64,000 nt of DNA, taken from contig JAHPZI010000030.1 of NCBI GenBank assembly GCA_019058295.1, positions 96,001 to 160,000 of the forward strand. The letters run 5' to 3'. The DNA comes from Promethearchaeota archaeon. Lineage in GTDB: Archaea > Asgardarchaeota > Lokiarchaeia > Sigyniarchaeales > SOKP01. The notes under the pieces were generated by a model. The model saw nothing but the letters and a program-made list of their open reading frames with translations, was not told where the DNA came from and ran no database searches. The position numbers and the translations under genes are program-made. Shown piece by piece: positions 1 through 9,259 of this stretch; position 1 is the stretch's first letter; every line of letters starts with the position of its first letter.

Positions 1-1542
1 TTGTATTGGGGAGATATTTTTTATGATTCAATTCCCTGGATGGATATTGAGATCATTAAGAATGATTCAGGTGTGCCAGTGAGCAATTTTACTTTAACAA
101 ATAGATCCAATACTGAGATATCCTATAATTTAATCCTCGGTTATAGTAGTTTTCAGCCGGGTTTTCTTATTCCTATTGATAATCTAACAAATATAAAGAA
201 AATAGCGATAGAAGAGGTTGATAAAGCTTACTTTTCAGGGCAGTCTATTGTTGAAGAGTCTTATCATTTTCTTTATATTGGTTACGAGAACGTAGGTGGA
301 ATGAAAACTAATATGCTTTATGACAAATCGACTGGTTTATTAGTATGGGCAAAAACCTCATTAGGTGGATATCAAATGGAAATAAGCTCGCTGAATTTTA
401 CTTATAATTTAGATTTAACTTATAATTACACTGTAAAGGCATTTGGTGAGCCTTTTAAATGGTTTAATATGTCAGGTGATTTCAAAGGGAATGTAAATAC
501 AACTATTAATGGTTTAGTAAGAGTTAATTTTACAGGCTACCATGATAAAGATGTTAATGATAATAGTATTTTTGAAAATCCCATTCCATGGATAGATATT
601 GCTTTTATTGAGAATAATACTGGAATTTTAAATACAAATTTTACACTTAATGATATATCTAATAGTGAAGCAGCACTAAATCTACACATTGGGTTTAATA
701 ATTTTAGTTCTGGATTTCTCATTCCTACAAATAATTTAACATCTTTAAAGGAAAATGCAACACTTGAAGGATCAGGAGACCAATCAAACTATCTTCTTTT
801 TTCAATTGAAGAAACAGGACTAACAGTTAAATTTATTTTTATTGAAACGGGAGGCGAGAATTATTCAATAACAACATATGATAAACGCACTGGTCTCTTA
901 ATGGCGATGAGAGCAGTTTCAGGCAATTTTTTACTTGATATGGAATTAGTACTATATTATGAAGAATCAAATCCAATTCCACCACCTAATCCCTATACTA
1001 AAACTATTTATAATATTGATGTAGAGGAAAAAAAGGGAGAAAAAGAATATTCTAATTTTACAATACCATTTATACTACTTGGATGTGGCGCTGCGGCATC
1101 ATTTGGTTTGTTAGTATGGAAAAAAGAAACTAAAATGTTAAAATATTTGTTCACTGGAATTTTTGGTGCCATATGTTTTAGTTCATTGTTAGTTTTTAAT
1201 TATTGGCTTAATTCAGGTGCAGCCTCTACTGATGAGAAAAGTAATGAAACGGCTTTAGAAGTTGTAGAAGACATTACATTGATCGTAGATTTTGGAGACG
1301 GAAACATAAAGAGTTGGAAAGGTTTCACTCTTTCGGGAGGAAAAACTACTGTTTTGGATGCGCTTGATAAATATTGCGATATAAAATATGATGATTATGG
1401 TTGGGGTATTTTGGTTACTGAAATTGATGGAGTTGATGGTAAATGGATTTACGAAGTTAATGGTGAAAAACCAGGTCATGGAGCCGATAGGCATTATCTC
1501 CGTGATGGGGACACAATTAGATGGGAATTTCAAGGAAAATAA
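1..1542 (+). CDS. Membrane-anchored protein (5'-partial) with an internally repeated domain, two TM helices and a C-terminal DUF4430/transcobalamin-C-like domain
   Basis: ORF open at the window edge; repeated IPW..NFTL..GFLIP..NLT block; two hydrophobic helices; C-terminal TVLDAL..YG..VTEIDG..WIYEVNG..GA..L.DGD.I.W motif. Confidence 0.7.
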   Translation: MYWGDIFYDSIPWMDIEIIKNDSGVPVSNFTLTNRSNTEISYNLILGYSSFQPGFLIPIDNLTNIKKIAIEEVDKAYFSGQSIVEESYHFLYIGYENVGGMKTNMLYDKSTGLLVWAKTSLGGYQMEISSLNFTYNLDLTYNYTVKAFGEPFKWFNMSGDFKGNVNTTINGLVRVNFTGYHDKDVNDNSIFENPIPWIDIAFIENNTGILNTNFTLNDISNSEAALNLHIGFNNFSSGFLIPTNNLTSLKENATLEGSGDQSNYLLFSIEETGLTVKFIFIETGGENYSITTYDKRTGLLMAMRAVSGNFLLDMELVLYYEESNPIPPPNPYTKTIYNIDVEEKKGEKEYSNFTIPFILLGCGAAASFGLLVWKKETKMLKYLFTGIFGAICFSSLLVFNYWLNSGAASTDEKSNETALEVVEDITLIVDFGDGNIKSWKGFTLSGGKTTVLDALDKYCDIKYDDYGWGILVTEIDGVDGKWIYEVNGEKPGHGADRHYLRDGDTIRWEFQGK

Positions 1543-1551
1543 AACTTTTTA

Positions 1552-1974
1552 TTATTTTGGGGCGATCTCTTTTAAAATTGGTCCCATTAGCTCAAAAGAC
1601 TTTTTGAGTTTATGAATGTAATAACCAAGCTTAAAGGCTTTCTTACAGTTGGTAAAAAGCATAAAATCGTTATCTTTATCGCCTACTAAAATAATAGTGT
1701 ATCCACTTGTGCCTCTAATTAAGATTTCTTTTAATTCACCTTGATTTAATCCTTCACTTATTTTTTCTCCAAGGGAAATTAACGTTGCTGGTGAAGCAGA
1801 ATAAACATCAGCTACTACATCTGCTGTCTCAGAACTAGCAACCCTTAATCCTGTCTTAGAGACAATTGCAGTTCCTTCTAAATCAGTACTGCTCTCCAGT
1901 GTTTCTAATGATCGCATCAATACATCTAATGTCTCTTGTTTAATTTCAAATTCCGATTCTCCAGTATTTGCCAT
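1552..1974 (-). CDS. Roadblock/LC7 domain protein
   Basis: 140 aa with GTAIVSKTGL..AS, L..LGEKIS..L.QGELKEILIRG..GY pattern. Confidence 0.8.
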   Translation of the reverse strand: MANTGESEFEIKQETLDVLMRSLETLESSTDLEGTAIVSKTGLRVASSETADVVADVYSASPATLISLGEKISEGLNQGELKEILIRGTSGYTIILVGDKDNDFMLFTNCKKAFKLGYYIHKLKKSFELMGPILKEIAPK

Positions 1975-2014
1975 TTTTACAACCTCACTTATGATTATTA
2001 TATTTTCTGAAAAT

Positions 2015-3430
2015 TTAAATCTTTTTTAAATGGAAACTTCTTAACTCTTTTAAAACTGGCTCGCTTTTTTTTAATTTTATCTCTTTGCTTTCAATTCCGA
2101 CAATTACTGCTCCTTTGGTTCCAAAAGTGCTTAAAATCTTTGTGAATGGGGACTCTAATTTTTTCCCAACAATTTTTTTTGCTCCGATAGCGCTCTTAGC
2201 TAATCCTTCACATACTATTCCTTGAGGATGATTAGGATTTTGAATTCGCCCTTTTTTTATTTTATATTTGTAAAATAAAGGAGGTTCAGTATGAATTTTT
2301 ATTATTTCTGCTGAACCTATTATTCTAAGCGTGGTCGGCGGTAAATCTAATCGACTAATAAGCATAATTGCTTTTTCTTTTCTTATTAAAACTCTTTCTT
2401 TTAACCATAAAATGGCTATAAATCCTTTATTATTGCTTGATGCTGTAGTTTTAACTCTTTTACCATCCAGTTCGTAATAAGGATAAATATTTCCTACCGC
2501 CGTCACCATTCCTATTGTAACATGGACTTGAGTACCAAAACGGGTTTCAGGTTTAAATAAATTATTATTATTGACTTTTACTTCTATAATATCGCAATAT
2601 TCAAATGCATTTTTATTATTTGTAGCATAACACCCCCGATAAATCTTGTTGATATTTAGATTCTTTACATTGATACCAACACGATCACCTGCTTTAGCAG
2701 ATTCAACATTTTGATGAAAAATTTGAATATTTTTAACTCTTCCTGAAGTATTTACTGGTAACACTTCTAAATATTGATTTAAAGTTAATTTTCCTTTTAA
2801 TATTGTCCCTGTGATAACAGCACCCATTCCTTTGATTGAAAAATGGTGATCAATAGGAATTACCACATCCCCCTCAAAATCTCTTTTAATATCTAAAGTT
2901 TCAATTGTTTTTAAAATACCATCTTTTAAATTTTCAAATCCATCTCTATTCTTAGCAGAAACCGTGTAAATCGGTATATTTGCTCCAAAAGAGGTGGATT
3001 CAAAAAATTTTTTGGTTTTCGTAATTTCTTCATCAAGGTTTCCCTTAAATAGATCTATTTTGTTAAGAATTACTATTATCTTTTTTATATTAAGCGCTTC
3101 AATCATGATTAAATGTTCTCCAGTTTGAACTTGAGGACCTTTATTTATATCAATAACTAATAACGCACAATCTATTATCTCTATAGAAGAAGCGCTTATT
3201 TTAATCAAATCAGCATGTCCAGGACCATCTACTAAAGTTACCAGATAATTATCTAGTATAAAGCTTGTAAATCCCATATCGATTGTAATACCTCTTTCTT
3301 TGCTTTGTGGATGTGCATCAATACCAGCAGTTGATATAAATTCGCTTAAAACAGCAGCAATAGCCGTTTTGCCACAATCAATATGACCAAATAATCCAAG
3401 ATGAATTGGAATTTTTTTCTCAATTTCCAT
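2015..3430 (-). CDS. selB: Selenocysteine-specific translation elongation factor (SelB/EFSec)
   Basis: GHIDCGKT, D.HPQSKERGITID, DGPGHADLI, NKID, IDHHF.IKG.G.V.TGT; archaeal C-terminus RLDLPPTTLRI and FGTKG; tRNA-Sec and SepSecS nearby. Confidence 0.95.
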   Translation of the reverse strand: MEIEKKIPIHLGLFGHIDCGKTAIAAVLSEFISTAGIDAHPQSKERGITIDMGFTSFILDNYLVTLVDGPGHADLIKISASSIEIIDCALLVIDINKGPQVQTGEHLIMIEALNIKKIIVILNKIDLFKGNLDEEITKTKKFFESTSFGANIPIYTVSAKNRDGFENLKDGILKTIETLDIKRDFEGDVVIPIDHHFSIKGMGAVITGTILKGKLTLNQYLEVLPVNTSGRVKNIQIFHQNVESAKAGDRVGINVKNLNINKIYRGCYATNNKNAFEYCDIIEVKVNNNNLFKPETRFGTQVHVTIGMVTAVGNIYPYYELDGKRVKTTASSNNKGFIAILWLKERVLIRKEKAIMLISRLDLPPTTLRIIGSAEIIKIHTEPPLFYKYKIKKGRIQNPNHPQGIVCEGLAKSAIGAKKIVGKKLESPFTKILSTFGTKGAVIVGIESKEIKLKKSEPVLKELRSFHLKKI

Positions 3431-3575
3431 TTTTAAAATTAACTTTTAATTAAAACTAAAAAAATTTTAACGAAACACATAAAAGATGAATGGTAAAATT
3501 TGGACTAATATAACTTTTTTAATTATAAATTTCATTTAAAATATATTATAATAATATGTAAAAAAAACCTAAATC

Positions 3576-4469
3576 ATGCCTAAATTTTGCGTATATTGTG
3601 GGAAACCAACCAAAAAAAATGATAAATTCTGTATCTCCTGTGGGAAACCATTACTTGCTAATTTACCAAAAACCGAAAAAAAATCCGAAACGGCGGTTTC
3701 TGAAAAGTCTAAAGAAAAAGATCTCGATAAAAAGAAAAAAAAGAAAGATAAAAAAGAAAAAGAAGTAGAAACGGAACTAGAAGAAGAAATGGAATTGGAA
3801 GAAGATTTTGATGAAGTCGAAAAGAAATTAAAAAAAAAACAACAACAAAAAAAAGAAGTAAATCCCCTTTCAGAGGACGTAAAAGAACAAATAGAATTTC
3901 ATCTTGAACTTAACGAAATTAGTGAAAAAAAGAAAAATCTAGCTGAGAAATTGAAAGAATTACAAAAAATGGTGAAAAGTCCACAATATGATACCGATTT
4001 TGAGTTCGGGGAAAAAATAAATATTCAATTAAAAGCAGTTAAAACACTTATCGGAGAATTAAAACAAAAAGAAAATGAGTTAAAAGAAAAGGTTACAGAT
4101 AAATTTATTGTAGAAAAATTAAATACCGATATTGCAGTCAAGAGAGATCAGCTTAAAAATCTATGGAGAGAGCATAAATTAAAAAAGATAAGAGATAAGG
4201 ATGTAGTTAGAAAATTAAAAGAAAAGTATAAACAGCAACTAGAAAATTTTATTTCTGAAAAGGAAGAATTGATTGCTGGAATAAATTTATGGATTGAAGA
4301 TCTAATTGACAGAAAAAGCGAGCTTACAACAGAAAAAAACTTTAATAAGGCAAGATTTTCTTCTAAAGAAATATCAGAAAATGAGTTTAAAGAAAAAGAC
4401 AGTGAGTTTGTAAAACAAATAGATAATGTGGATAGTAAAATTAAAACCTTAAAGACTCTTATAAAATAA
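3576..4469 (+). CDS. Zinc-ribbon plus long coiled-coil protein
   Basis: N-terminal CxxC..CxxC, K/E-rich linker, heptad-rich remainder. Confidence 0.75.
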   Translation: MPKFCVYCGKPTKKNDKFCISCGKPLLANLPKTEKKSETAVSEKSKEKDLDKKKKKKDKKEKEVETELEEEMELEEDFDEVEKKLKKKQQQKKEVNPLSEDVKEQIEFHLELNEISEKKKNLAEKLKELQKMVKSPQYDTDFEFGEKINIQLKAVKTLIGELKQKENELKEKVTDKFIVEKLNTDIAVKRDQLKNLWREHKLKKIRDKDVVRKLKEKYKQQLENFISEKEELIAGINLWIEDLIDRKSELTTEKNFNKARFSSKEISENEFKEKDSEFVKQIDNVDSKIKTLKTLIK

Positions 4470-4522
4470 GGTATTCTAACGAAAATTTAATTGCTTTCTA
4501 TTATTTTAAAAGTTGATAAGAA

Positions 4523-4663
4523 ATGAGAAAAAGTTTGATCGCTTTTATAATACTTCTAATAGCCTTGTCATTTTTAGTTGTAGGGATTATTGAGGGGCAA
4601 ATCCTTCTTATAGAACCATTTTACGAGGAGATGTCTGAATTTGAAGCATATGGCACTTCCTAA
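4523..4663 (+). CDS. Small single-TM protein (46 aa), absent from ORF track
   Basis: MRKSLIAFIILLIALSFLVVGIIEGQILLIEPFYEEMSEFEAYGTS then TAA TGA; fills an intergenic gap. Confidence 0.5.
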   Translation: MRKSLIAFIILLIALSFLVVGIIEGQILLIEPFYEEMSEFEAYGTS

Positions 4664-4681
4664 TGATTGTTATCTCTAGTT

Positions 4682-5011
4682 TTAATCCCATTTTCCCCTT
4701 TTGGTAGAAGTGGAATCTTCCAAAAAGCCCTTTTTTTGGATTAATTTTTCGTCTGATTTTCTCATTTTATTGGCCTCTTTATAGTGTTTTTTACATAAAA
4801 AAATTTTACGTAGTCTATTTTCATTAAGCTTTAAGTTTGCTTTTTCACAAACCTTTGACCATTTATTCTCTGAAAGAGAACGTATAGCTGATTCACCACA
4901 TTCTATTACAGAACATTTTTTTGCTTTACTTGCCGTTCCACTAAGATCGCTTTTCTCTCTGAGTTCTTTTGGAAGTTTCATAGTGTTTGAATGGGAAAAA
5001 ATTTTATTCAA
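4682..5011 (-). CDS. Small archaeal Zn-finger-like protein (true start probably the ATG of MKLPKEL)
   Basis: CSVIEC...A.RSL...LCKKHYKE motif. Confidence 0.7.
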   Translation of the reverse strand: MNKIFSHSNTMKLPKELREKSDLSGTASKAKKCSVIECGESAIRSLSENKWSKVCEKANLKLNENRLRKIFLCKKHYKEANKMRKSDEKLIQKKGFLEDSTSTKRGKWD

Positions 5012-5052
5012 ATAAATATTAAGTTTTGTAAATAACTGATATCTTAAAATTT

Positions 5053-5775
5053 TTGCTAGAACTCATGGACAAATTAGACTTAATTTTTAATAAAAATTTG
5101 ATAAAGAAAAGGATTTTTCCTTTTGACTCTTCTAAGAGAATCTCTATCAAAGACGAATTTTTTAAATCATCAGCCGTTTTATTTGCAATAATTCCCTATA
5201 AGGAAAAGCCTTATGATTTAATATTAATACATCGGACTAATAGGGGTTCAAAACATGCAGGTGAAATGAGTTTTCCAGGAGGAAGTTTCGATTCTAATCA
5301 TGATACATCTTTAAAAGATACAGCATTGAGAGAGACCGAAGAGGAAATTGGAGTGCCTAGGGAAAAAATAAAAATATTAGGCTGTCTCGACGACTTTCCC
5401 ACGATGACCAGGTTCATCATTTCCCCCTTTATTGGTATTATTGATAAAGATCAAATTTTAACTAAAGAAGAGAGAGAAGTCCAAGAGATTATAAAAATCC
5501 CCATCGATTTTTTTATCAGTAAAAAAAATTTCAGGGAGCAAGCTATTGATATTGAGGGCAATAAATTCCCAATTTTCTATTTTAATTATAAAAATAAAGA
5601 AAATAATAAAACATATACAGTGTGGGGTGCAACTGCTTATATGATTTCAAATTTTATTGAAATTGTCTATGACATAGATCTATCGGAACTTGGATTAAAA
5701 CGTTTTAAATTGGAAAATATCAAACAATTAAAGGATTACATAAAATACAGAAGAAAGATTACAAGTAAATTTTAA
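5053..5775 (+). CDS. Nudix hydrolase, CoA pyrophosphatase (NudL/NUDT7-like)
   Basis: H.GEMSFPGG..D......TALRETEEEIG Nudix box, VWGATA. Confidence 0.9.
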   Translation: MLELMDKLDLIFNKNLIKKRIFPFDSSKRISIKDEFFKSSAVLFAIIPYKEKPYDLILIHRTNRGSKHAGEMSFPGGSFDSNHDTSLKDTALRETEEEIGVPREKIKILGCLDDFPTMTRFIISPFIGIIDKDQILTKEEREVQEIIKIPIDFFISKKNFREQAIDIEGNKFPIFYFNYKNKENNKTYTVWGATAYMISNFIEIVYDIDLSELGLKRFKLENIKQLKDYIKYRRKITSKF

Positions 5776-5803
5776 TATGTAGAAAATTATAAAAATAAAT
5801 ATT

Positions 5804-6469
5804 ATGACCTATATCGATTTTATTTTTAATGAAGATTTTATTAAAAATAAATTAAAATCTTTTAATTCTAATAATAGGCTCTCTCTTGTAGATGAAAAAT
5901 TTGTTAATTCCGCAGTAATTTTTCTAATTATCCCTTACAATAATAAACCTTATGATTTAGTCCTGATTCGCCGTACTAGTAGAAAAGGTGACAAACATTC
6001 AGGAGAAATGGCATTTCCTGGAGGTAAATTTGACGAGCATTTTGATAATACTTATCAAGATACTGCGTTAAGAGAGATAAAAGAAGAATTAGGCATTCAA
6101 AATGAAGAAATCAAATTATTAGGATGTTTTGACGATCACATAACGCCAAAAAAATTTATTATTACTCCTTTTGTTGGATATGTTGATGAACATCAAAAAA
6201 TGACGAAATGTGAAGAGGAAGTACAAGAAATTGTTAAGATTCCAATTACATTTTTCACCAATAAAAAAAATTATAGAGAAAGAACTTATAAACTTAAAAA
6301 TAATACAATTGCGGTAGGAAAATATAATTATCGAGCACCCAATAATGAAAAAAAATATGTTATCTTCGGAGCGACTACGCATATGATAGTGAGTTTCATT
6401 GAATTAGTTTACGATCTTAAACTTATAACTCTTGGAGCAAGACGACTAATATGTGAAGATTTTGGATAA
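5804..6469 (+). CDS. Nudix hydrolase, CoA pyrophosphatase paralog
   Basis: HSGEMAFPGG..TALREIKEELG, IFGATT; clearly similar to the preceding ORF. Confidence 0.9.
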   Translation: MTYIDFIFNEDFIKNKLKSFNSNNRLSLVDEKFVNSAVIFLIIPYNNKPYDLVLIRRTSRKGDKHSGEMAFPGGKFDEHFDNTYQDTALREIKEELGIQNEEIKLLGCFDDHITPKKFIITPFVGYVDEHQKMTKCEEEVQEIVKIPITFFTNKKNYRERTYKLKNNTIAVGKYNYRAPNNEKKYVIFGATTHMIVSFIELVYDLKLITLGARRLICEDFG

Positions 6470-6580
6470 AAATGTTTTTTTATTTTATCTTTTTTAGGCT
6501 TAGGAAATTAATATTAAAAAATAATAGTTAATTTCATTTAAAATAATAGATAATTTGATTTAGGTAAAATAATTTTTTAT

Positions 6581-6703
6581 GGCCCTTGACGGTCGGAATT
6601 GATCAAAAATTAGTTGGTCAACGATAAGTGGTCTCTGACGCTGGGCTTCAAACCCAGTTATCCTGCGGAGGGATAGGGGTTCGATTCCCCTCGAGGGCCG
6701 CCA
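6581..6703 (+). tRNA. selC: tRNA-Sec(UCA) with a 30-nt BHB intron (6598-6627) in the D-arm; CCA encoded
   Basis: 9-bp acceptor GGCCCTTGA/TCGAGGGCC, 4-bp T-stem GGGG-TTCGATT-CCCC, anticodon TCA at 6648-6650, long variable arm, G73; spliced D-arm GTCGGAG-TGGT-CTCTGAC. Confidence 0.97.
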
Positions 6704-6730
6704 TCTTAAATTAAAAAAATGTGATCTTAT

Positions 6731-8098
6731 ATGGTTGATTTTAATAAAATAAGCGAATTTTTTGAAAATTCTTCTATTCCTCAAAATATGTTAAATAGAG
6801 GTCAGATTGTTTTAGATAATTTCTTGAAACCAATAAAAATTCTATTTGAACAGAAAAGTGTGCCAAAAGAACCTTGGAGCGACGAGCAAATTGAGTTTTT
6901 ACTTCAGATTCTTTCTAATATGGATACTGATAAGGATGATAGAGCTGCTAGAGTGGGTGAAAGAGAAGCAAGAATCGCTTCTAAACTACAATTAAAAACT
7001 TCTGGTGGTTTTTGTCATGGAGTTGGTCGCTCTGGTTTTTTAACAGCTCCACAACCAAAGGCTCCGGGTGGGTCAATAATGTACGAAATCTCTAATTTTT
7101 TAGCACGAAATTTTCTAAAAAATTTTGGCTTACCTAATATTAAAAAGGCAATAGTAGTACCTCTCTGTACTGGAATGTCATTGGCATTATGCCTAGGCGC
7201 TTTAAAACCTGATTGGAATGATAATAAGTTCATAAATAAGAGAAAAGTTATACTTCCCAGAATTGACCATCAATCAATATTAAAAGCAATTGATTTAATA
7301 GGTTGTAATGTAAAGCTCGTTAATGGAAAGATTTTTGGAGATGCTGTTCGAGTTCCTATTGAGGATATTAAAAGCAATTTGGATGACAATTGTTTTGCCA
7401 TTATTTCAATTACGAGCTTTTTTCCACCGCGAGAACACGATAATATTAAAGAAATTAGCAAATTTGCGAAGGAACATGACCTTGTGCATATCATTATTAA
7501 CGCTTATGGTGTTCAAGGTATAGAATGGATGAAATTAATTCGTACTGCCATTGACGCGGGAAGAGTCGATGTGATCATTCAATCTACAGATAAGAATTTC
7601 CTTACTCCCGTGGGTGGAGCTATAATTGCATCTCCGCACGATGATTTAATCACTAAGATTAGCCATACATACGCTGGTCGTGCATCTGCAACTCCCATTG
7701 TGAATTTTTTAATTTCCACGCTTTCGTTGGGACTCACTGGTTATCAAAATCTGTTAGAGGAACAAGAAAAAAATCGTAAATTACTTGAAAAGAGATTAGT
7801 AGAGATTGCAAAAAAAATAAATGAAAGAATTTTAGAAATATATAATCCAGTTGCTGTTGCATTATCTCTTGAAAAACTAAAGAAAGAACAAATTTCCGAA
7901 TTAGGAGGGGCTCTCTATAATTTACGGGTTACTGGACCTAGAGTTTTTAATCCAGAGGATAAAAATTTTGGTATGTGCTGTGATAACTATCCCATACCAT
8001 ATATTGTAATGAACGCCTCAATAGGAGCTAAATCTAATGATATTATAACTGCAATCGAAAGATTTGAAAAAGCTTATGAACAAATAATTAAGAAATAA
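6731..8098 (+). CDS. spcS: O-phosphoseryl-tRNA(Sec) selenium transferase (SepSecS)
   Basis: GEREARI, HGVGRSG..TAPQPKA.G.S, TGMSL, NAYGVQ, PLP lysine motif QSTDKNF.TPVGG, YAGRAS. Confidence 0.97.
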   Translation: MVDFNKISEFFENSSIPQNMLNRGQIVLDNFLKPIKILFEQKSVPKEPWSDEQIEFLLQILSNMDTDKDDRAARVGEREARIASKLQLKTSGGFCHGVGRSGFLTAPQPKAPGGSIMYEISNFLARNFLKNFGLPNIKKAIVVPLCTGMSLALCLGALKPDWNDNKFINKRKVILPRIDHQSILKAIDLIGCNVKLVNGKIFGDAVRVPIEDIKSNLDDNCFAIISITSFFPPREHDNIKEISKFAKEHDLVHIIINAYGVQGIEWMKLIRTAIDAGRVDVIIQSTDKNFLTPVGGAIIASPHDDLITKISHTYAGRASATPIVNFLISTLSLGLTGYQNLLEEQEKNRKLLEKRLVEIAKKINERILEIYNPVAVALSLEKLKKEQISELGGALYNLRVTGPRVFNPEDKNFGMCCDNYPIPYIVMNASIGAKSNDIITAIERFEKAYEQIIKK

Positions 8099-8216
8099 AA
8101 AATATTTTTTTACTATCGTAATCGAAATGAAAATATATATAAAAATTATAATTATTATAAGAATATTGTATATTGTATAATCAAATTCTAAAAAATAACA
8201 TGGGTTCTAATCAATT

Positions 8217-8897
8217 ATGGAAAATCGATTGTTAGATCAATTTAACTCTGTAATCACATCCGAATGGTTATCCACAAATATAACTGAAGAGTTCGCTCCT
8301 TTAAACCATAAAGAATTGTTCGAATTAGGGTATCACACGAATAACAATGTAAGTACGAGAAATATTTTCATAAAATTATCCCAAAATGAAAATAAAGGTG
8401 GTTCAAAAGCAATTCTTTATTCAAATACAAAAAAATTTATTTTAATCGAAGCTTTAGATGATAATTTATCTATTACAAAGTATTTCAATGAGGGCACTAC
8501 TGGTGATAAATTAATTAATGAAATAGCCCCCAAACTTAAAGCTAGGAAGGAAATTTTTGCTAAAAAAGAAGAGAACGAGAAAGAGCAAATTCTTAAATCT
8601 ATTTTGGTTGAAAGAAAGCTGGATGAATGTGCTAATCTAGTAATGATAAAAGGTGTCAATAGAAAGATTTATTTCGCAATTGGGGATGCCCGAGAATCTG
8701 CTGCGGTTGTGCCAATGTTTATGGAAGCTGAAGGAGCAAGTTTAGTGCAATTAGCATTGAACAAGTGGATGAGCGTTACACAAAAATTAGAACCAGATAA
8801 AACTTTCCCAGAAAACCATGTCCCTGGATTACTCAAGAACTTAATGCAAATAAAGAAATGGTTGTTAAATTTAGTTTCTATTAATTTAGATAAATAA
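8217..8897 (+). CDS. Hypothetical protein
   Basis: 226-aa ORF with normal composition; no family recognised. Confidence 0.7.
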   Translation: MENRLLDQFNSVITSEWLSTNITEEFAPLNHKELFELGYHTNNNVSTRNIFIKLSQNENKGGSKAILYSNTKKFILIEALDDNLSITKYFNEGTTGDKLINEIAPKLKARKEIFAKKEENEKEQILKSILVERKLDECANLVMIKGVNRKIYFAIGDARESAAVVPMFMEAEGASLVQLALNKWMSVTQKLEPDKTFPENHVPGLLKNLMQIKKWLLNLVSINLDK

Positions 8898-8951
8898 GAA
8901 AAAGCTAATCCTTTTTTTTCCAATAAACTGGGCGATAAAAAAAGTATAAAA

Positions 8952-9134
8952 TGGTCCATCGGGGATTCGAACCCCGGATCTCAGGTTTTTACTAGAATCA
9001 GACGAGTTATCAATATTTATTTTATGTCTGACGGCCACTTATAAGACCTGCGCTTGTTGACCAAGCTTTTTTAAAACCTGTTAACCAATTCAGAGGGTGA
9101 AATAAATTTTCACTATTGGCTGAGCTAATGGACC
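8952..9134 (-). tRNA. tRNA-Ile(UAU) with three BHB-type introns (9088-9117, 9056-9081, 8987-9038)
   Basis: Spliced 75-nt cloverleaf: GGTCCAT TA GCTC AGCCTGGTTA AAGC G CAGGT CTTATAA ACCTG AGATC CGGGG TTCGAAT CCCCG ATGGACC A. Confidence 0.9.
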
Positions 9135-9259
9135 TATAATTTAGTAAAAACTAAAAAAAAATAAAAGTTTTTTTATAATTACATTGTTATATATAGATTA
9201 AATTAAATAAAAAATTACACTTATTATTTTAATATAATAGCTAAATAAGGTGTTTAAAC

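Noticed and set aside
3576-4469. CdvA cell-division homolog
   Set aside because: Only generic coiled-coil resemblance, no PRC-barrel start and no neighbouring cdvB/cdvC
6560-6784. 74-aa minus-strand ORF
   Set aside because: Antisense shadow of tRNA-Sec and the SepSecS start
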